64,000 bases of DNA from Paramoeba atlantica. Lineage: Eukaryota > Protista > Discosea. The stretch covers positions 372,001 through 436,000 of the forward strand of contig CDRNVI010000049.1 of the NCBI GenBank assembly GCA_977017575.1, read 5' to 3'. Under the pieces are notes generated by a model that saw only the letters and a program-made list of their open reading frames with translations, ran no database searches and was not told the origin of the DNA. The stretch's first letter is position 1; the number at the start of each line of letters is the position of its first letter. Positions 61,294 through 64,000 of this stretch are shown piece by piece. A program made the position numbers and the translations under genes.

Positions 61294-61468
61294 GGAGGGG
61301 AGAGGGGAGGGAAGGGAAGGGAAGAGGAAAGGAAAACGGGTTGCTATTTTGGAGGAAAAACGGAGGGTAGAATGGGATAGAGAGAGAAAAAATCGAAGTG
61401 CAAAAAAGTGAATGGTTTTCAGTTTTATTTTACAAGACAAAATATCCGCTACAAGGATTGAACCTGGT

Positions 61469-62155
61469 TTAGTCTAATCGTAGTTTTTGAAGTAACAGGT
61501 CTCGAAACTGCTCTATGCTGGGGTCCGTACTGCCGCACTCCTCCCACCCCACCATGCGATCGATGCAGTTGTCGTCACGAAAGAAAACGACACAGGGCAG
61601 TACCGTGACGCCGAGCTTGTCGGTGAGAAAGGGAGATTTCTCTGCGTTAATTTTTACGAATCGTATGGACCGCATTTCCGGTGCCGTCAGAGACAGCAGG
61701 CGGTCCATCTTCTCACACGTGGAAAACTTGGGGTGAAAAAAGTGAATCACGGCACAATCACTACCCCCGTAGGTACGCAACACGACGCGAAAAAACTCAT
61801 CCTCGGTAATCTCGCAATAACCTCCGTGATGGGCGGCTTGCTCTACTTTTCGCTTCAGTGCGGCTGCCCTCTCTGCCCTCCAGAGCCGCAGCTCACTTTC
61901 TTCCTCGTCCATCCCGGTTTCTGTGTCACCGGATGGAGAGGAAGTTTTCCGATCTGACTTTCCATACGTGTAGATCTCCTGTTTTGAATCCTGTGGTGTG
62001 GTACGAGGGAGCAGGTGCGCGGCGGTTGGAATCACATCCCCTAAGGGGTCGCGCGTCGCCATGTAAGATTCAGACTTCATTTGTTCAATTGCCCCTTGGA
62101 GGGCATGTCCTGCGTCTACATTGGCCGATTCTGAAAGTAAGCCGCTTGATTTCAT
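61469..62155 (-). CDS. Phosducin-like/thioredoxin-fold protein (TXNDC9/PLP1 type)
   Basis: HGGYCEI.EDEFF, VIHFFHP.FSTC, FVKINAEKSPFL..KLGVTVLPC. Confidence 0.88.
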   Translation of the reverse strand: MKSSGLLSESANVDAGHALQGAIEQMKSESYMATRDPLGDVIPTAAHLLPRTTPQDSKQEIYTYGKSDRKTSSPSGDTETGMDEEESELRLWRAERAAALKRKVEQAAHHGGYCEITEDEFFRVVLRTYGGSDCAVIHFFHPKFSTCEKMDRLLSLTAPEMRSIRFVKINAEKSPFLTDKLGVTVLPCVVFFRDDNCIDRMVGWEECGSTDPSIEQFRDLLLQKLRLD

Positions 62156-62756
62156 TGTGATGTTGTAGAATACTGGAAAAATAGTTAGGCTTGAAGGTTT
62201 TGCTTTCAGAGCGCAAGTAAAATAAAGAATGATGATTGGTACGTGAATATTCGTAAATATACAAATCTCATATCCGTGCGGTCAGTACGAGCCAGGTTAC
62301 GCCAAGAATACTTGGACGAAGCACTACTGAATTAAACGAATATTTGTGTCAATGAAACAGAGGAAATAACGACAAGTTGAAAATGACAAGATCTCGAATG
62401 TTAAACAAACTTCAGTTTTTTGCAACTAAGAATCTTACTTACCACAACCGAAAAAGTTTTTGTAAAGAACGCTTATTTAATAATTAAGCCCATGGCAAAA
62501 AAATGAAGAATGCGAGTTATTTATAACTTGGTCGCCCTAACTCCTTTTTTCTGGGTGCAGCACACGATTCATGGAGCGATTGGCCTACTGCTACGGCTTG
62601 CAGTATTTTTGTCTTTCTAATGTTTAGCCTATTTTTTAACGAAAAGGCATACATCTTTTTTTTCAAAGAATTGCTGTTTTCGAAAGAGGCATCAAAAATA
62701 AATGAATTTTCTCTAGTACACGTATTCGGGGTCGTGTATTTCCCCATTACTTCACT

Positions 62757-63908
62757 TTATGCGTCCGGCTTCTCACTGACACTAAGTAACCCACACCGAA
62801 CTGGTCCTTTCACCGCATCCTTAAGATGAGCAGCAATGTGCTTTGAGTACTTAATTTGCCATGCGTCAAACTTATGTATTTTCAGCATCGACCTGCGCTG
62901 CTCAAGCAAATTGCTTAAGTATTCCATGGCTACAATAAAGGCATCTTCCGTGTATGGCGCAAACTCATGTATCCCACGTGCAGTCACCTGCCATGACTTC
63001 TCACCTGGTAATATTTCAATATTTTCATTCGGGCAGCGAATCTCCGCACTCAGAGCACATTTTTCGCACATAAACACAGCTCGGTTCTTTTGCGCGCAAT
63101 CGTAACATTTAAAAATCACTCCCGTGGTTGGCTCATCGGGGTGTAGTGCACAGCGCAGGACATTACCCTTACAATCGTGCCCATTCGACAATGAGTTCGG
63201 TGCCAGGACTTGAGACACCGTCGTTAACGCATACACCGCATTACGGAACCGATTTAACACTTGCCAGGACGCCCCAAAGCTCAGCCCATTCATATCCCGC
63301 AGTGCTACCCTTTGGTACTCCCCAAACACACGCTGGGCGCCAAAATAGAGAAAATCTGATGCGCACGCGTTCAACAGAATCGAACGGTTTCCCTCGTGTC
63401 GGTCAAAGTCCACAAAATCGACCGCTGGGAGAAGCCCAGGGTCTAAGTGCAGATCAAGCGGCATGGATTGGATGAAATCCTCCAGGGAGTCAAAAGTGTC
63501 ATCATGACCGCTGAGCGCCACAAACGGGGAACGCACCTTTACGTCGCGGTGGGCGACAATAAAAGCAGGGCTGTGTGTTCCCGTGTACGCGTGTGAGGTA
63601 AAAGGGAGTTGAAATCGGGAGGGAAGCTCCTCGCAGAGGTCCTGGGCCATGGATTTGTAGTGCTGCAGCACAGATTGGGTGTAGTTCCGCAGTCTGGCGT
63701 GAAAAGAGCCATGCTCGAGTACTTTGTGAAAAGGAAGCGTGACAGCATTGCGCTCCTCTCCCCGGAGACGGGCCTCGGCCTCACACGTTTTGCACGTACA
63801 ACTGTGCACGGAGCGATGGAGCTCCAGGGGAAGACCAAAATCGTCGGTTTGGAGAAGCGCAGCCATCGCGGTTAGGAACAAAGGCATCATAACGCAAGTC
63901 TCCTTCAC
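62757..63908 (-). CDS. Hypothetical protein with Cys/His-rich putative zinc-binding motifs
   Basis: HSCTCKTC near the N-terminus; CALH...FKCYDC...FMCEKC later. Confidence 0.65.
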   Translation of the reverse strand: MKETCVMMPLFLTAMAALLQTDDFGLPLELHRSVHSCTCKTCEAEARLRGEERNAVTLPFHKVLEHGSFHARLRNYTQSVLQHYKSMAQDLCEELPSRFQLPFTSHAYTGTHSPAFIVAHRDVKVRSPFVALSGHDDTFDSLEDFIQSMPLDLHLDPGLLPAVDFVDFDRHEGNRSILLNACASDFLYFGAQRVFGEYQRVALRDMNGLSFGASWQVLNRFRNAVYALTTVSQVLAPNSLSNGHDCKGNVLRCALHPDEPTTGVIFKCYDCAQKNRAVFMCEKCALSAEIRCPNENIEILPGEKSWQVTARGIHEFAPYTEDAFIVAMEYLSNLLEQRRSMLKIHKFDAWQIKYSKHIAAHLKDAVKGPVRCGLLSVSEKPDA

Positions 63909-64000
63909 AGGTGATCCCTCTTGGTGAAGTACAGGATGAAAAGTTCCCGCTAGATCATGGAAATCTCCGCTGCGTAGAAGGGCTAGAAACGTGAAATTCA

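Larger units (their letters stand above)
35..63908 (-). other. Single directional (polycistronic-type) gene cluster; all credible host CDS on minus strand
   Basis: Every ORF with recognisable domains is on the minus strand, with no clear introns and short intergenic spacers. Only the Tc1 transposase is on plus. Typical kinetoplastid organisation. Confidence 0.9.

Noticed and set aside
1-64000. tRNA or rRNA genes
   Set aside because: No cloverleaf with T-loop GTTCRA context and no extended rRNA homology found by eye; a tRNAscan-SE/barrnap run would be needed to exclude them fully.

Overview
Eukaryotic, gene-dense DNA with no clear introns. Essentially every credible host gene (about 40) lies on the minus strand, forming one directional polycistronic-type cluster. 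Marker genes (base-J glucosyltransferase, M32 carboxypeptidase, ApaH-like phosphatase, divergent PEX3, expanded mitochondrial uS11/mL46, AGA-box snoRNA candidates) point to a compact kinetoplastid. A Perkinsela/Prokinetoplastina-like organism is my inference, not proven. Accessory elements: a decayed CRE/SLACS-clade non-LTR retrotransposon (~20.4-24.0 kb) possibly nested in a TAA-flanked DNA element; a Tc1/IS630-type DD35E transposon with one nonsense codon plus an adjacent non-autonomous relative (40.9-43.2 kb); a 92-bp TA-flanked MITE (18.35 kb); and an unannotated snoRNA cluster (45.0-45.6 kb). The most striking unexplained signal is a recurring ~1-1.5 kb 'skew-switch island'. Six strong copies and several weak ones read C/A-rich then abruptly G/T-rich on both strands. 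They override synonymous codon choice inside conserved genes and extend into UTRs, a polarity expected at bidirectional replication origins or similar strand-asymmetric sites.
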